64,000 bases of DNA from Camelus ferus. Its lineage: Eukaryota. The position numbers were made by a program, and so were the translations under genes. Shown here in pieces: positions 52,601-64,000 of this stretch (position 1 is the stretch's first letter; each line of letters opens with the position of its first letter). The notes below the pieces were generated by a model. It searched no databases. It worked only from the letters and a program-made list of their open reading frames with translations, and was not told where the DNA came from. The DNA lies in NCBI RefSeq assembly GCF_009834535.1, contig NC_045697.1, positions 26,538,001 through 26,602,000 on the forward strand, given 5' to 3'.

Positions 52601-54283
52601 AAGGTGAGAAAATTCAGTGACTTAAATCAAATAGTTGTTTTAGAATCCTACTATGGTGGTGGGCTACAGTTTATAAATTAAAAATAGAGAAGGAAGAAGA
52701 AAAAAATAGAAAAGAAGAAAAAACTGACAGTGAGTGCCACATAATACACATCATCACAAAAGTACCATTAAAACATTTAAACAAAAGCAATAGAAAAATT
52801 CAGATTTCAAAATATGGTAAAAATAATACCTTACCCCTTTGAAATCTCAGAGTCATCCATGTAGTAGATGGTATATCTTAAGGTAAAAATAGATGTCTGC
52901 AATTAACTTTAGAGTCATATGCTATACAATCTTACAGAAAACAGTTATTCTACTGAGCTCATCCAGATAAGTCAAATGATGTAAATGTGTCGTTCTTTGG
53001 CAAATAATGCATTGACTACACATATTTCAAAAGAAAAGAGATCTAACATCAATAATGGGAACTATTGTATTAGAGAAAAAAAGCAATATAAGCTTAAAGC
53101 AAAGAGAAGAAATATTATAAATTATAGTAGAAATCAGTGAAATTGAAAACAGGGAAAACTTCTTTGGAAAAAACAGTAAAATTGATAAACTTCCAGCAAG
53201 GCTAAACAAGAAAAAAGAGAAAAGACAATTTATTAATCATCAGTGGAACAGGAATCATCACTATTGATCCCATGGACGTTAAAAGGATAATCAAGGAATA
53301 TTATGAATAATTCTCTACCACAAATTTGATAACTTGGATGAAATGGATGACTTCCTTGAAATACAAATAAATAATATTAATATAGGAAAAAATAAAATCT
53401 TAGTAGACATAGCATTTTAAAAAATTGAACCAATAATTAATAAACTTCTGAAGAAGAACAGTGCCATTCCCAGATGGTTATTTTTTATTGAATTCTACCA
53501 AAAATTTAAGGAAGAAATGATACAAATTACCTACAATCTCTTTCAGAAAATGGAAGCAGAGGAAACATTTACTAATTTATTCAATGAAGCCAGTATTACC
53601 CCAATAACAGATAAAGATACTGTAAGAAATACTCAAGACCAAAACCTCTCCTGAACATAGATGCAAAAATTCATAATGAAACACTAGAAAATCTAATCCA
53701 ACAACATATAAAAAGAATTAGACACCATGACCAAGTGGGATTTATTCCAGGATGCAATGCTGGTTAAATATTTGAAAATTAATTACTCTAATTCATAACC
53801 ATCACATCAACAGGTTAAAGAAAAAACACATGATTATATCATTGATACAGGGAAAAAAGTTGACAAAATCCAATATCTAGTCAAGATTTAAAAAAAGAAA
53901 ACTCAGCAAGCCAAGAATAAAGGGGAACTTTGTGAACTTCATAAGAACCATCTACAAAAAACCTACAGTTAACATCACACTTCAAATTGAAAAACTAGAT
54001 GCTTTCTCCCTATGATTGGAGCAAAGCAAGAAAAGCCCCTCTCTGTGCTTTTATTCAACACTGTCGCAGAAGGCCAAGCTAATTCCAAGAAGACAAGAAA
54101 AGTAAGTAAAATATATACAAATTTGAAAGAAATAAATAAAATTATCTTTGTTCACAGATAATATGATTGCTATATAGAAGATCCCAAAGAATCAACAATA
54201 GCGATATCAACAACAGAAACCTACTGGAACTAATTAGCAATTAAAGCAAGGTTGCAAGATACAAGGTTAATATAAAAGAGTCA

Positions 54284-54382
54284 GGGTGGCTAATAGCTCA
54301 GTGGTGGAATGCATGCTTAGCATGCATAAGGTCCTGGGTTCTATCCCCAGTACTACCTCTATTAAAAAAAAGAAAGAAAAAA
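54284..54382 (+). mobile_element. tRNA-derived SINE (Vic-1-like, camelid)
   Basis: A box tagctcagtgg 54294-54304, B box ggttctatccc 54337-54347, gcatgcttagcatgc anticodon-arm remnant (tRNA-Ala AGC-like), A-rich tail. Confidence 0.85.
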
Positions 54383-55489
54383 GTGGGAGATCAAGATTTG
54401 CAGATACTATTATATATAAAATAGATAAACAATAAGTTTATACTGTATAACACAGGGAACTATGTTCAATATCTTGTAGTAACATAATGAAAAATAATAT
54501 GAAGGAGAGAAGCAAGATGGCGGAGTAGAAGGATGCTTGTAGCTCACCCTCTCCCACAAATACATGAAAACTCACATCTATGGACCTACTCAGCCAAGCA
54601 GAGCACCTGCCAAACTCCGACAGAACATTGCCCTCTTCAAAAGACAAAGACCCCAAAAATCTGGTAGGAGAAAACGAAAAAAGAAAGAAGGAAAGACAAA
54701 ACAGTGCAGGACCGGTCCCCCAGGGAGGGAGCGGCAAAGGAGAACTGGCGCTCATTCACTGTGTCTCCCCCATCCAGTGGAGAGGCCAGTGGGGTGGAGG
54801 GGGAACCTCCGAGGCTCAGATATGCCCCGAGCACCCCTTGACCAACAGAACTGAGTTAAACAGGCATAAAGGGTCCCCGCAAACACCCAGCCCGAGACAC
54901 GAGCCAGCAGCTGCGGGCCGGGACAGGCTGCCCGAGCCCGGCAGAGGACTAGTGCAGCTGCACTGAGGCAGCCCTGGGGGACTGCAGGGTGCTGCATGCT
55001 GTGGCTGGGAGGGGATATGGAGCAGAACAATCTCAGCCCCCCATAAATTGCGAAAAAAGCAGAGCAACAAGGCTGGTGTGCCCTGGGGGAGGGGCGCCAT
55101 AGCCTTTGTCTCCTCAGACCTGTGCCTCCAATACTGGTGCTTTCCGGGAGAAGAGAGGCGGGGCACAGCCACAGCCACCGCCACCATCTCCTCCTGTGCG
55201 CAGCACACAGGCGGGGTCGGGGGTGGGGGCAGGGCCAAGACCTGAATCCACACCTAGGGTCTCCACAACCTCCTGGGCAGGACTGAGACTTGTGTATAGC
55301 CCGAGGCAGATAGGATTTTTCTGCCCTGGCACCTCAGAGAACTCCCACCACCAAGACAAACAAGGAGCTGAGATTTGTCACGGAGCAGGGTCAGGGCCAT
55401 TCCACGGTCTTCCCCAAGCCCACCTTCAGAGTGCCGACCTGAGGTGGAGCAGGCAGCTGCACAGAGCAGTGGAGTGACTGACTCCCGGA

Positions 55490-55700
55490 GAGGGTGGGCA
55501 GCCAACCACCTCCCTGGCAGGATCACAGCACTTGACCACGGTGCTTGGAGGGGGCACGATCCGCCCACCTGCTTTGAGCACAGTATCTGACCTTGGCATC
55601 GGGAGGGGGAATGACCCGCCTGCCTACCTGGTAAGAGCTCAACACCTGACCCAGTGTTGGGAGGGGGCACAATCTGCTAGCTGACAGCCAGTGGGAGCAG
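55490..55700 (+). repeat. Degenerate ~55-60-bp tandem sub-repeats in the L1 5'UTR
   Basis: Recurring ggagggggcac(g/a)atc(c/t)gc...cacctgacc units. Confidence 0.7.
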
Positions 55701-55858
55701 CACAGATGAGGGCGCCAACAGAGGGCCTCTGAAAACAGCAAGCTGAGTTCGCAAAACAGGGCAAAGACACAAGGACCTCTCGATAAAGTCATTAAGAGCA
55801 CACTGTCTCCAGGAGAACTAGATAACTGATACTCCTTAAGCCACAGTGCCAGAGAGAT

Positions 55859-56761
55859 ATGAGCAATATGAAAAAGTAGAGGAACCACTCCCAATTAAAA
55901 GACCAAGAGAAATCCCCTGAAAGCACGATCAAGGAAATAGACATTGATGGCCTACTAGATCAAGATTTCAAAAAAGGACTGATCAAAGTACTGAAGGAAC
56001 TAAAAGAAATAGTGTTTAGATATATAAAATATGTCAAAAATGAAATAGAAGCTATAAAGAAGAACCAAGTAGAATTAGTAAACTCATTTGCTGAAATGAG
56101 AGCTAACCTAAAGGCTGAACAAAGCAGTCTATGTAATGCAGAGGAACAATTAAGTGACATAGAAGACAGGACAACAGAAAGCACCCAATCAGAACAGCTG
56201 AGAGAAAATCAAATAAAAAACAATGAAAACAATATAAGGGACCTATGGGATAATATAAAGCGTGCCAATCTATGCATAATAGGAGTTCCAGAAGGGGAAG
56301 AAAGAACAAAGGGGATTGAAAAGGTATTTGAAGAAGTCATGACTGAAAACTTCCCAAACCTAAAGAAGAAATCAGATATCCAAGTACAGGAGGCTCAGAG
56401 GGTCCCAAACAGGAAGAACCCAAACAGACCCACACCAAGACATATCATAATCAAGATGGCCAGAGTCAAGGATAAAGAAATGATCCTAAAGGCAGCAAGA
56501 GAAAAACAAAGAGTGAGTTACAAGGGAACCCCCATAAGGCTCTCAGCTGATTTCTCTACACAAACACTACAGGCCAGAAGGGAGTGGCAAGATACATTCA
56601 AAGTCCTGAATGAAAAAAAGATGCAGCCTAGGATACTCTATCCAGCAAGGCTATCCTTTAGAATAGAAGGAGAGATAAAGAACTTCACAGACAAGCAAAA
56701 ATTCAAAGAGTTTAGCAACACTAAACCCATGCTAAAAGAAATATTGACAGGTCTACTCTAA
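55859..56761 (+). pseudogene. L1 ORF1p (coiled coil-RRM-CTD) with a single early nonsense codon (TAG 55877-55879)
   Basis: ATG AGC AAT ATG AAA AAG TAG AGG AAC..., then open to 56761; motifs ENFPNL, PTPRHII, AAREK, IRLSADFS, ARREW, YPARLSF. Confidence 0.92.
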
Positions 56762-56902
56762 ATAGAAAAGAAGCAGGATGCTATGAAAATGAGAAATTCA
56801 TAACTGGAAAGGAGATAACTGCCATGAATTGCAAAAAGAATAAACACAAAATTGTAAAAGAAGACATCTAAATCATTAAGAGTGGGAGAGAGAAGCAAGG
56901 AA

Positions 56903-57225
56903 AGCCACTGTGGAAAATAGTATGGAGATTCAAAAGATAAGGAATACACTTACCATCTGACCCAGGAATCCCACTCCTGGGCATATATCCAGAAGGAACC
57001 CTTCTTCAGAATGACACCTGCACCCCAATGTTCATAGCAGCACTATTTACAATAACCAAGACATGGAAACAGCCTAAACGTCCATCAACAGATGACTGAA
57101 TAAAGAAGATGTGGTATATTTATACGATGGAATACTATTCAGCCACAAAAACTGACAACATAACACATTTGCAGCAACATGGATGTTCCTGGAGAATGTC
57201 ATTCTAAGTGAAGTAAGCCAGAAAG
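56903..57225 (+). pseudogene. Remnant of L1 ORF2 C-terminal region
   Basis: gacccaggaatcccactcctgggcatatatcc, tgcaccccaatgttcatagcagc (CTPMFIAA), attctaagtgaagtaagccag; contains stops. Confidence 0.85.
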
Positions 57226-59539
57226 GAAAGAAAAATACCATATGAGATTGCTCATATGAGGAATCTTAAAAAAAAAAAAAGTAGAATGCAAAACAGAAAT
57301 AGACTCATGGACATAGAATATAAACTTGTGGTTTCCAAGGGAGCAGGGGAGTGGGAAGGGACAGACTGGGATTTTAAAATACAGAATAGATAAACAAGAT
57401 TATACTATATAGCACAGGGAAATATATACAAGATCTTGTAGATCATAGCGAAATAAAAAATGTGACAGTGAATATATATATGTTCATGTATAACTGAATA
57501 ATTGTGCTCTACACTAGAATTTGACACAGCATTGTAAAATGACTTAATAAAAAGTAAAAAAAAAGTTTAAAAAATAATATGAAAACAAATATATGTATAT
57601 ATTGTATGACTGAAACTTTATTGTGCACCAGAAATTGACACAACATTGTAAACTGAATATATTTCAATTTAAAATAAATTTTTTAAAGTTAAAAAAAATT
57701 AAAAATGAGTCAATTACTTTCCAACATACCATCAATGAACAATTGAAATTTGATATTAAATATACACCACCATTTACATTAGGACCAAAAAGTGAAATAG
57801 GTCTAAATCTTAGGCATAAATATAATAAAATATATACAGAATATGTGAAGAAAGCTACAAAACTCTAATGAGAGAAATTTTTAAAGATCTAAATAATGGG
57901 GAGATCCCTGTTTATGGATAGGAAGACTTTATATTATTAAGATGTCAGTTTTTCCCCATTTGACCTATAGATTTGATGGAATGTCAACAGAGTGATTCCA
58001 AAGTTTATATGGAAAAGTAAAAGACCAAGAATAGGCAACACAATACTGCAGAACAAAGTCAGAGGACTGATGCTGGAGTTTTGATTGGGATTACAATAAA
58101 ATAGAATAGAGAGCCCAGATATAGACCCACACAAACATAGACAAATGATCCTTGACAAAGGAGCAAAAACATTTTGGTAAGGATAGAATCATCTTTTTCA
58201 ATGAAAGGTGCTGAAATAATTACATATCTATATGCAAAAAAAAGCTACAAACAGACTTTAGATGTTTCACAAAAATTAATTCAATGAATCATGGATCTAA
58301 ATGTAAAATGCGGAACTACAAACTTTCTAGAAGATAACATAAGAGAAAATCTAGATGACCTTGATTTTGGTGATGACTTTGGAACATCAAAAGTATTATT
58401 CATGAAAGAAAAAATAATAAGTTGGACTTCATAAAATTAAAAATGTCTGCTCTGTGAAAAATACTATAAAGTAAATGAAAAGACAAGCCACATGTTTGAA
58501 GAAAATACTTGTAAAACTCATAAAGAACTTGTATTCAAAATACACAAAGAACTCTTAAAACCCAGCAATAAGAAAACAAAAACCCTAACAAGAAAATGGT
58601 CAAAATTCTGAATAGGTACCTCACCAAAGATATATAAATGGTAAATAAGCATATGAAAAGATAATCAACATTATATGTCATTAGGGAATTGCAAATTAAA
58701 ACAATAACATAACATTACCCACCTATGAGAATGGTTACAACCTAAAAAATTGACAATACCAAATGTTGATGAAGATGTAGAGCAACAGGAAATCTCACTC
58801 ATTGCTGGTGGGAATGCAAAATTTTACAGCCACTTTGAAAGATGGTTTGGTATGTGTTACAAAGTTAGACATAGTCTTACCATTTGATCTAGCAATCACA
58901 CTTGTAGGTGTTTTCACAACTGAGTTGAAAATTTATGTACACACAAAAACTTGCATACAAACATTTATAGCAACTTTATAACCGCTCAAAACAGGAAACA
59001 ATGAAAATGTCTTTCTTACTAGTAAATGGATAAACAAATGGAATTTTATTCAGTTCTAAAAAGAAATGGGCTATCAAGCCATAAAAAGATATAAAGTAAC
59101 ATTAAATGTATATTGCTAAGTGAAAAAAGCTACAAATTTTGTGGTTCCAACTATATGACATTTTAGAAAATGCAAAACTGTAGAAATAGTAAAAGGATCA
59201 GTGATTGCCAGGGGTTCATTGGGCAGGGAAGAGAAAAGAAAAGATGAAGTATGGAGGACTTTTAAGGCAGTAAAAATACTATGTTTGACGCTGTAATATC
59301 AGATGACATGCATTTGTCAAAAACCGTAGAACTGTACAATACAAAGTGAACCTTAAGACCATAGATTTTCGTTAATAACAGCGTATCAATAGTGATTCAT
59401 TAATTGTAACAAATATACCACGATAATGTAAGTTGTTAATAATGGGGAAACTGTATGCAGGGAGGGGTATATGGGAATTCACTCTAATACTTGCTCAATT
59501 TTTCTGAAAATCAAATATAAAATAAGTGCTACAACTAAA

Positions 59540-60060
59540 ACTGACAAAAGTAAGTTACATCAATTACATAAGCAATTCCCAAAAGTAAAGATGAAAAACC
59601 AGAAAATTTGGTAGAAAAATAGGCAAAAGTTACAATTACAGGCAATTCATAGAAGGTGAATGCCAGAAAACTAACAAATAATATAGAGATGCCTAAATTT
59701 TCTAGTATTAAGAATAATGCAAATTAAAACAACAGTGAAATAGCCCTGTATATCCTTTAAATGGGCAAACATTAGGAAATCAGATAATGGCAAGTTTTAA
59801 GATTGTAAGACAATAAGAACTGTAACACAGTACATTTACGTAAATTAAAACACACAAATCCACAAAAGAACATTTCATACATTTATTTAAGGATACCTAG
59901 ATTTATGAAAACATCTAGTATACAATTAGAGTGAATTTCTATGATGTGGAGGAAATGAGAGTCAGAAAGTAAAATGAAAAGAAAAAATAGCAAGTAAAAC
60001 TAGAAAGAAGCATAGACCAATGATAATGCACCATGAACTTGAAGGATGTGATGAGTTCAA
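59540..60060 (+). mobile_element. Old L1ME fragments
   Basis: gaaaaataggcaaaag...ggcaattcatagaag...aatgcaaattaaaacaacagtgaaata. Confidence 0.6.
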
Positions 60061-60989
60061 CTCCACATCTGAGATCCAAATACTAAAATAGGAAAATTAA
60101 GGAAATACAGCAGAAAGCTTTGAGAACAATTGGAAATCGAGACATATTATGTGATATATTCAAAGCAGCACATGAAAGATATTTCTAAATGTCGCAGCAC
60201 AAGCTATTTCAATGAAAGTCGTAAGACTGAAGTTAAGATAGAAGCAAGTAATCGATCAAAGCATGCAATGGTAGAGATAATGCCAAAGGCCTAGAAATCT
60301 CACAAAAATGGAGAGAAAAGAAAGTTTAAAAGTTAGAAAATTTAAATGGGGCATAAAAGTATAATGAAAAACTTTAAAATACCTTGATTCTGTTTTTACA
60401 GTGGAAATGTCCAGTGCTGGAGAATTATGTCAGAAAAAGAGAATTCTGGAAAAAAAATTATAAAAGTTGAAATTGTCTTTACTGATTAAAGTTGGCTAAG
60501 GATAAAGTATACAAGAGTCTGAAGGGAAAATACAGAATAGCAAAAGGTCTATTAGAAAAGATCAAGATAGAAGGTACATATAGAAATCATTCAAATCACT
60601 GAAATATAAGACACTCCACAATGCATAGGAGAGAGTAAGGGCAGTATTGTGAAGTGGTTGACTGAACTTTTTCTTGTTGGAAAACTCAGACTTAGATTTT
60701 GAGCTTACCTCCACTACTCACTCATTGGTCTTGAGCAAATACTTAAGTAATACTGAACTTAAAAAAGATCTTAACATGGAAGTAGAGGCAATTTATAAAC
60801 CTCAAATCTCACGGGAATCTGAAGTTCATCAATAACAGGGTGCTTTTATTTCCACATTGATACAGCAGAGGTTGATGAACTCCAAGAAGATCCTTAGTCC
60901 CCAAATTCCCCCATTATCATTGCCAAGATGCTCATAATTTCAACATTAAAAATCGATTCCTTTGTTCAAATATTTTCCATTAGAAGTTA

Positions 60990-61325
60990 GCAGAACTGGA
61001 TAACATTGATGGATTGAACGGACACACGTATTTATACGAGATTTTACCACGAGAACAGAGAGTGTAGAAGAGGAGATGATAGCAACACAATTCTGGAAGT
61101 GGAACAGTGGACAGGCACGTGGTTATCAACTTCCCAGGCTTCAGGAAGCTCAAAGCTCAGCTGGTAGCACGTGTTACCCAGAAGGAAGTTGATTTATGCT
61201 GCAACGCCTCGGAAAGCTCAGGAATTGAATGCACCTGGTAACTCTGAAGGTAAGATTCATATGCAGCTGGAACAGGAGGGGTGGTTAGTGGTCTACATTA
61301 GAAAAATTTAGATTTCTCTTTCTGA
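60990..61325 (+). mobile_element. HAL1/L1M 5' fragment
   Basis: gatttatgctgcaacgcctcggaaagctcaggaattgaatgcacctggtaactctgaagg resembles recalled HAL1 5' region. Confidence 0.5.
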
Positions 61326-61605
61326 GGTTTCATGCAATATAAAAAAAATTAGGAATAAAGATAGCTCACCTAAGAAACGTTCAGTAGACTGGAAAAAAAA
61401 AAAAAGAAGTTCAGTACTTCTTTAAATGGATGTTAGGAGAATTAAATGAAATAACACGTATAAATTCCTGGCACATGATAAGTATCATTACTAGCAGCAT
61501 CAGTACCCATTATTTATTTATCTTTCTTTTGCCCACAACACCTATTAGAGAGCATCTAGGAAATGTATAAATTTTCAAAAGGGAGATGATCAATTATTAT
61601 ATTAA

Positions 61606-61640
61606 GGGTAGGGTAGGTAGGTAGGTAGGTAGATAGATAG
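61606..61640. repeat. (GGTA)n(GATA)n compound tetranucleotide repeat
   Basis: gggtagggtaggtaggtaggtaggtagatagatag. Confidence 0.9.
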
Positions 61641-61772
61641 AATATAAGAAATAATCTATGTTAAAGGATTATTTGAAGAAAATAAAGAAGTTAGAGTATC
61701 ATTAAGAGGATAAAAGGCTACAGTCTCAGAAGTCAAAATTGAAGGAGGTGTGGAGGAGAGAAGGCTGTTAAT

Positions 61773-62490
61773 ATCTGAGGGGTTCTGGACCTAATTAGGA
61801 TGTATGAGGGTGAGAGGGATTTCCCCCACATCCAAGCAATTCTCCAACATCAGCTTAGTGTCCTACAATTCAACTCAGTTCTGACACTATCTATCCGGAG
61901 ATAGTGTCAGATCCCACAGGTTAAAGGCTCAGTCTTACAAGATTGCCCCCCACACATACTCACACACACTTCAGACACCAGTCACAAACCCAAGTTGTCT
62001 GTCACCTATGTTTCTGACTGAATGGCTATAGGATTGGAGATTCCATTGACCCTTTACTCAGGTTTGATTAATTTGCCAGAGTGGCTCACAAAACTCAGAA
62101 ATGTTTTTCCTAACTAGATTTTTCATGTATTATAAAAGACTATAACTCAGGGACAGCCCTATGGAAGAGATGCACAGGGAAAGATATGGGAGAAAGGCTT
62201 GGAACTTCCATGCCCTCCCCAAGTAGACCATTCTCCAAATCTCTTAGGGTTCACCAACATGGGAGCTCTCTGAACCCCATCGTTTTGTGTTTTTATGGAG
62301 GCTTTATTAAGTAGGCATGACTAAATGATTAAATCACTGGCCACTGGTGACTGAATTCCATCTCCAGCCCCTGTCCCCTCCTTTGAGGTCAGGGGAATGG
62401 ACCTGAAAGTTCTAACCTTCTAATCACATAGTTGGCTCCACTGGCAACCAGCCCCCAACCTTAGGTGGTGTCCAAAAATCACATTCATTA
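61773..62490 (-). mobile_element. MER21-like LTR
   Basis: gtgtcctacaattcaactcagttctgacactatc...gatcccacaggttaaaggctcagtc, gagtggctcacaaaactcagaaa. Confidence 0.85.
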
Positions 62491-62539
62491 CAATTTCATA
62501 TGTTCTAATCAATTATGAAAGTTAGTTGTTGAGTATATG

Positions 62540-62690
62540 TGTCAAGAACAATCTTATGATGTGAATAGTATTATCCTGAGTTTACATGAAAGAAAATTAA
62601 GGCCTAAAAAGAAATTTTCCCAGGGTCCACACAGCTTACTAGCAGACCAAGGATTACCCAGTTCCAAGTTGAGAGCTCCTTCAACTACAT
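62540..62690 (-). mobile_element. MIR SINE
   Basis: aacaatcttatgatg...tttacatgaaagaaaattaaggc...ccagggtccacacagct. Confidence 0.65.
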
Positions 62691-64000
62691 GAAATACATT
62701 TTATCATTAAGTGTTACTATTTGAATGTGTTCTTGTTAAACATTTTGTAGGATTAAGCCTGTCAATGCTAGAAGAGTAATGCTGTATCAGGTAGAAGTTT
62801 GCCAGGAGTGCCAAGATTATTCACATTTGGATGCGTGGGTAGGAAAATTCAAGCAACATCTGCTGCCCCTCCGTGGTCCAGTGCACAGAACTATAAAAAA
62901 TGGAAAAAAAAATGTTTTTAAATGAACAACCAGTCCCAAAGGAACCTCTGAAGGGAGAAGGCAGACTTTAAACTGAACCACAGAATTATTTCAAAGCTAA
63001 TTAAAAGCTACAAATGTGGAAAAGAAAATTTCAATGCAGTATATTTAAAGCAAGGAAAGAATGAATTGGCAGACTGTATTCTATCCACAGCCAAACTAGA
63101 TTATCCAGCCCGGCACTACCCACCCTTTTGTTCAACTGTTTTTTTGACTAGCATGGCCTTTATTGCACTCATGAAGTAATGTGAAGAAAAGAGCATAACT
63201 CTCCTCTCCAATCATTGCAAAATGCTCCCTTGAACTAGGGAATAATTACATGAAAAATTGTATCCAAAAGTTGAAACAGGTGGTGAAACCATGGCTGAGT
63301 CATTGCCCATGGGCAATGAGAGCCTATGGAGTTAGAGGAGCCTTAGACAAAAATCATACCAGCATCTCTTTTCAGTCCAGCCACTACTGACCCAGACTGT
63401 GGACCCACATAAAGGGGAAATGAAAATAGGAGGTTGAGAGATCTCTGTGGGACCACAGTCCTTGCTCACCATCCATGGTTTTATGTTCCGTCTGTGACAG
63501 GTGATTTGCTGACCACCACACTGCTTAAGTGTAAGTCCAAAGCCACCTTAAGTAGGCATCTATGGAAAGCATCATAGGAGCACTAAGGACTTTGGAAACT
63601 GCAGAAACTACAACAGTGAAGCATCTTACTCTTCTTCAGTATTTTTGTTCCACTACTGATTGAAGAAAACAATTGTTAATTAGTCCTTCCTCTCACTCCT
63701 GCATGCCTAACCCAGAAACATTATCTCTGCTAAATTCAACCCACATTATTTACTTAAAGTAGAAAGGAAGAGAGCTTTTTCTTTGAAGCAAATAAGTAAT
63801 TACATTAAATTTTGTGCACTAAATTACAGGCTATGGGCTGCAATATACAAGTGTAAATAAATTAAATCATTAGCAAATATAATGTACACAAAAGAAAGGC
63901 AAAATGGAGTTGCTAAGGCTCTTTTTCAGGGCTGACAAAACACATTTATCCAGAGGTCAGCCTTATGACAATTTTGACTCTCTGTAGATAGGATACGTAA

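Larger units (their letters stand above)
54504..57569 (+). mobile_element. Young L1 with full 5'UTR, ORF1 and 3'UTR but ORF2 almost entirely missing (3.07 kb)
   Basis: Starts ggagagaagcaagatggcgg (YY1); perfect 14-bp TSD aaaaataatatgaa 54490-54503 / 57570-57583; inter-ORF spacer joins ORF2 C-terminal agccactgtggaaaa at ~56903. Confidence 0.93.
54383..57699 (+). mobile_element. 5'-truncated L1 3' tail split into 54383-54503 and 57584-57699 by a younger L1
   Basis: Halves join into the same tail sequence seen at 30816-31027. Confidence 0.85.
53020..59525 (+). mobile_element. Old L1MC1/2-like element (degenerate ORF2 + 3'UTR), interrupted at 54284-57699
   Basis: ORF2 homology (gaccaagtgggatttattccagg, tgttcacagataatatgattg = decayed FADD); aggttaatataaaagagtca joins attactttcc across the insert; L1MC-type 3'UTR 59150-59520. 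Confidence 0.9.

Noticed and set aside
54284..54360. Possible tRNA-Ala gene
   Set aside because: Acceptor stem does not pair cleanly, it is followed by an A-rich tail rather than a T terminator, and it lies within a TSD-bounded insertion; it is a SINE.
54438..55894. Many overlapping 60-145-aa ORFs on both strands
   Set aside because: Expected by chance in a GC-rich L1 5'UTR; many use non-ATG starts and none has recognisable homology.
60823..60881. 10-bp inverted repeat agttcatcaa / ttgatgaact
   Set aside because: Too short, with a 39-nt unpaired spacer; compatible with chance in 64 kb.
61880..61911. 13-bp perfect inverted repeat (tctgacactatct-N6-agatagtgtcaga)
   Set aside because: As recalled, an intrinsic feature of MER21-type LTR sequence, not an independent RNA hairpin gene.
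62859..62879. CTCF-like motif (ccacggaggggcagc on minus strand)
   Set aside because: Mismatches at core positions; not supportable without ChIP or conservation data.

Overview
AT-rich eutherian mammalian DNA, intergenic or deep-intronic, with no recognisable host protein-coding exon, rRNA, true tRNA or CRISPR array. A tRNA-derived Vic-1-like SINE and the form of the young L1 3' tails point to a camelid (inference). Most of the window is interspersed repeat: L1, L2, L3/CR1, MIR, MaLR/ERVL/ERV1 LTRs and hAT MITEs. Family names are from my recall of consensus sequences, not a database search, and most boundaries of old repeats are approximate. Highlights: (1) The strongest CpG island (~35.3-36.4 kb) lies inside an isolated minus-strand L1 5'UTR. 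It carries ETS/YY1/GC-box motifs and an antisense strong-Kozak ORF whose stop codon overlaps a CAG|GTGAGT splice donor, an ORF0-like architecture. (2) A young 3.07-kb TSD-flanked L1 retains 5'UTR, ORF1 and 3'UTR but lacks almost all of ORF2 (half-L1-like). It is nested in a SINE-L1-tail chimera, which is nested in an old L1MC. (3) A twin-primed, 5'-inverted L1 tail with a possible 3' transduction. (4) A repeat-free block at ~28 kb rich in POU/homeodomain/TCF motifs that resembles a developmental enhancer.
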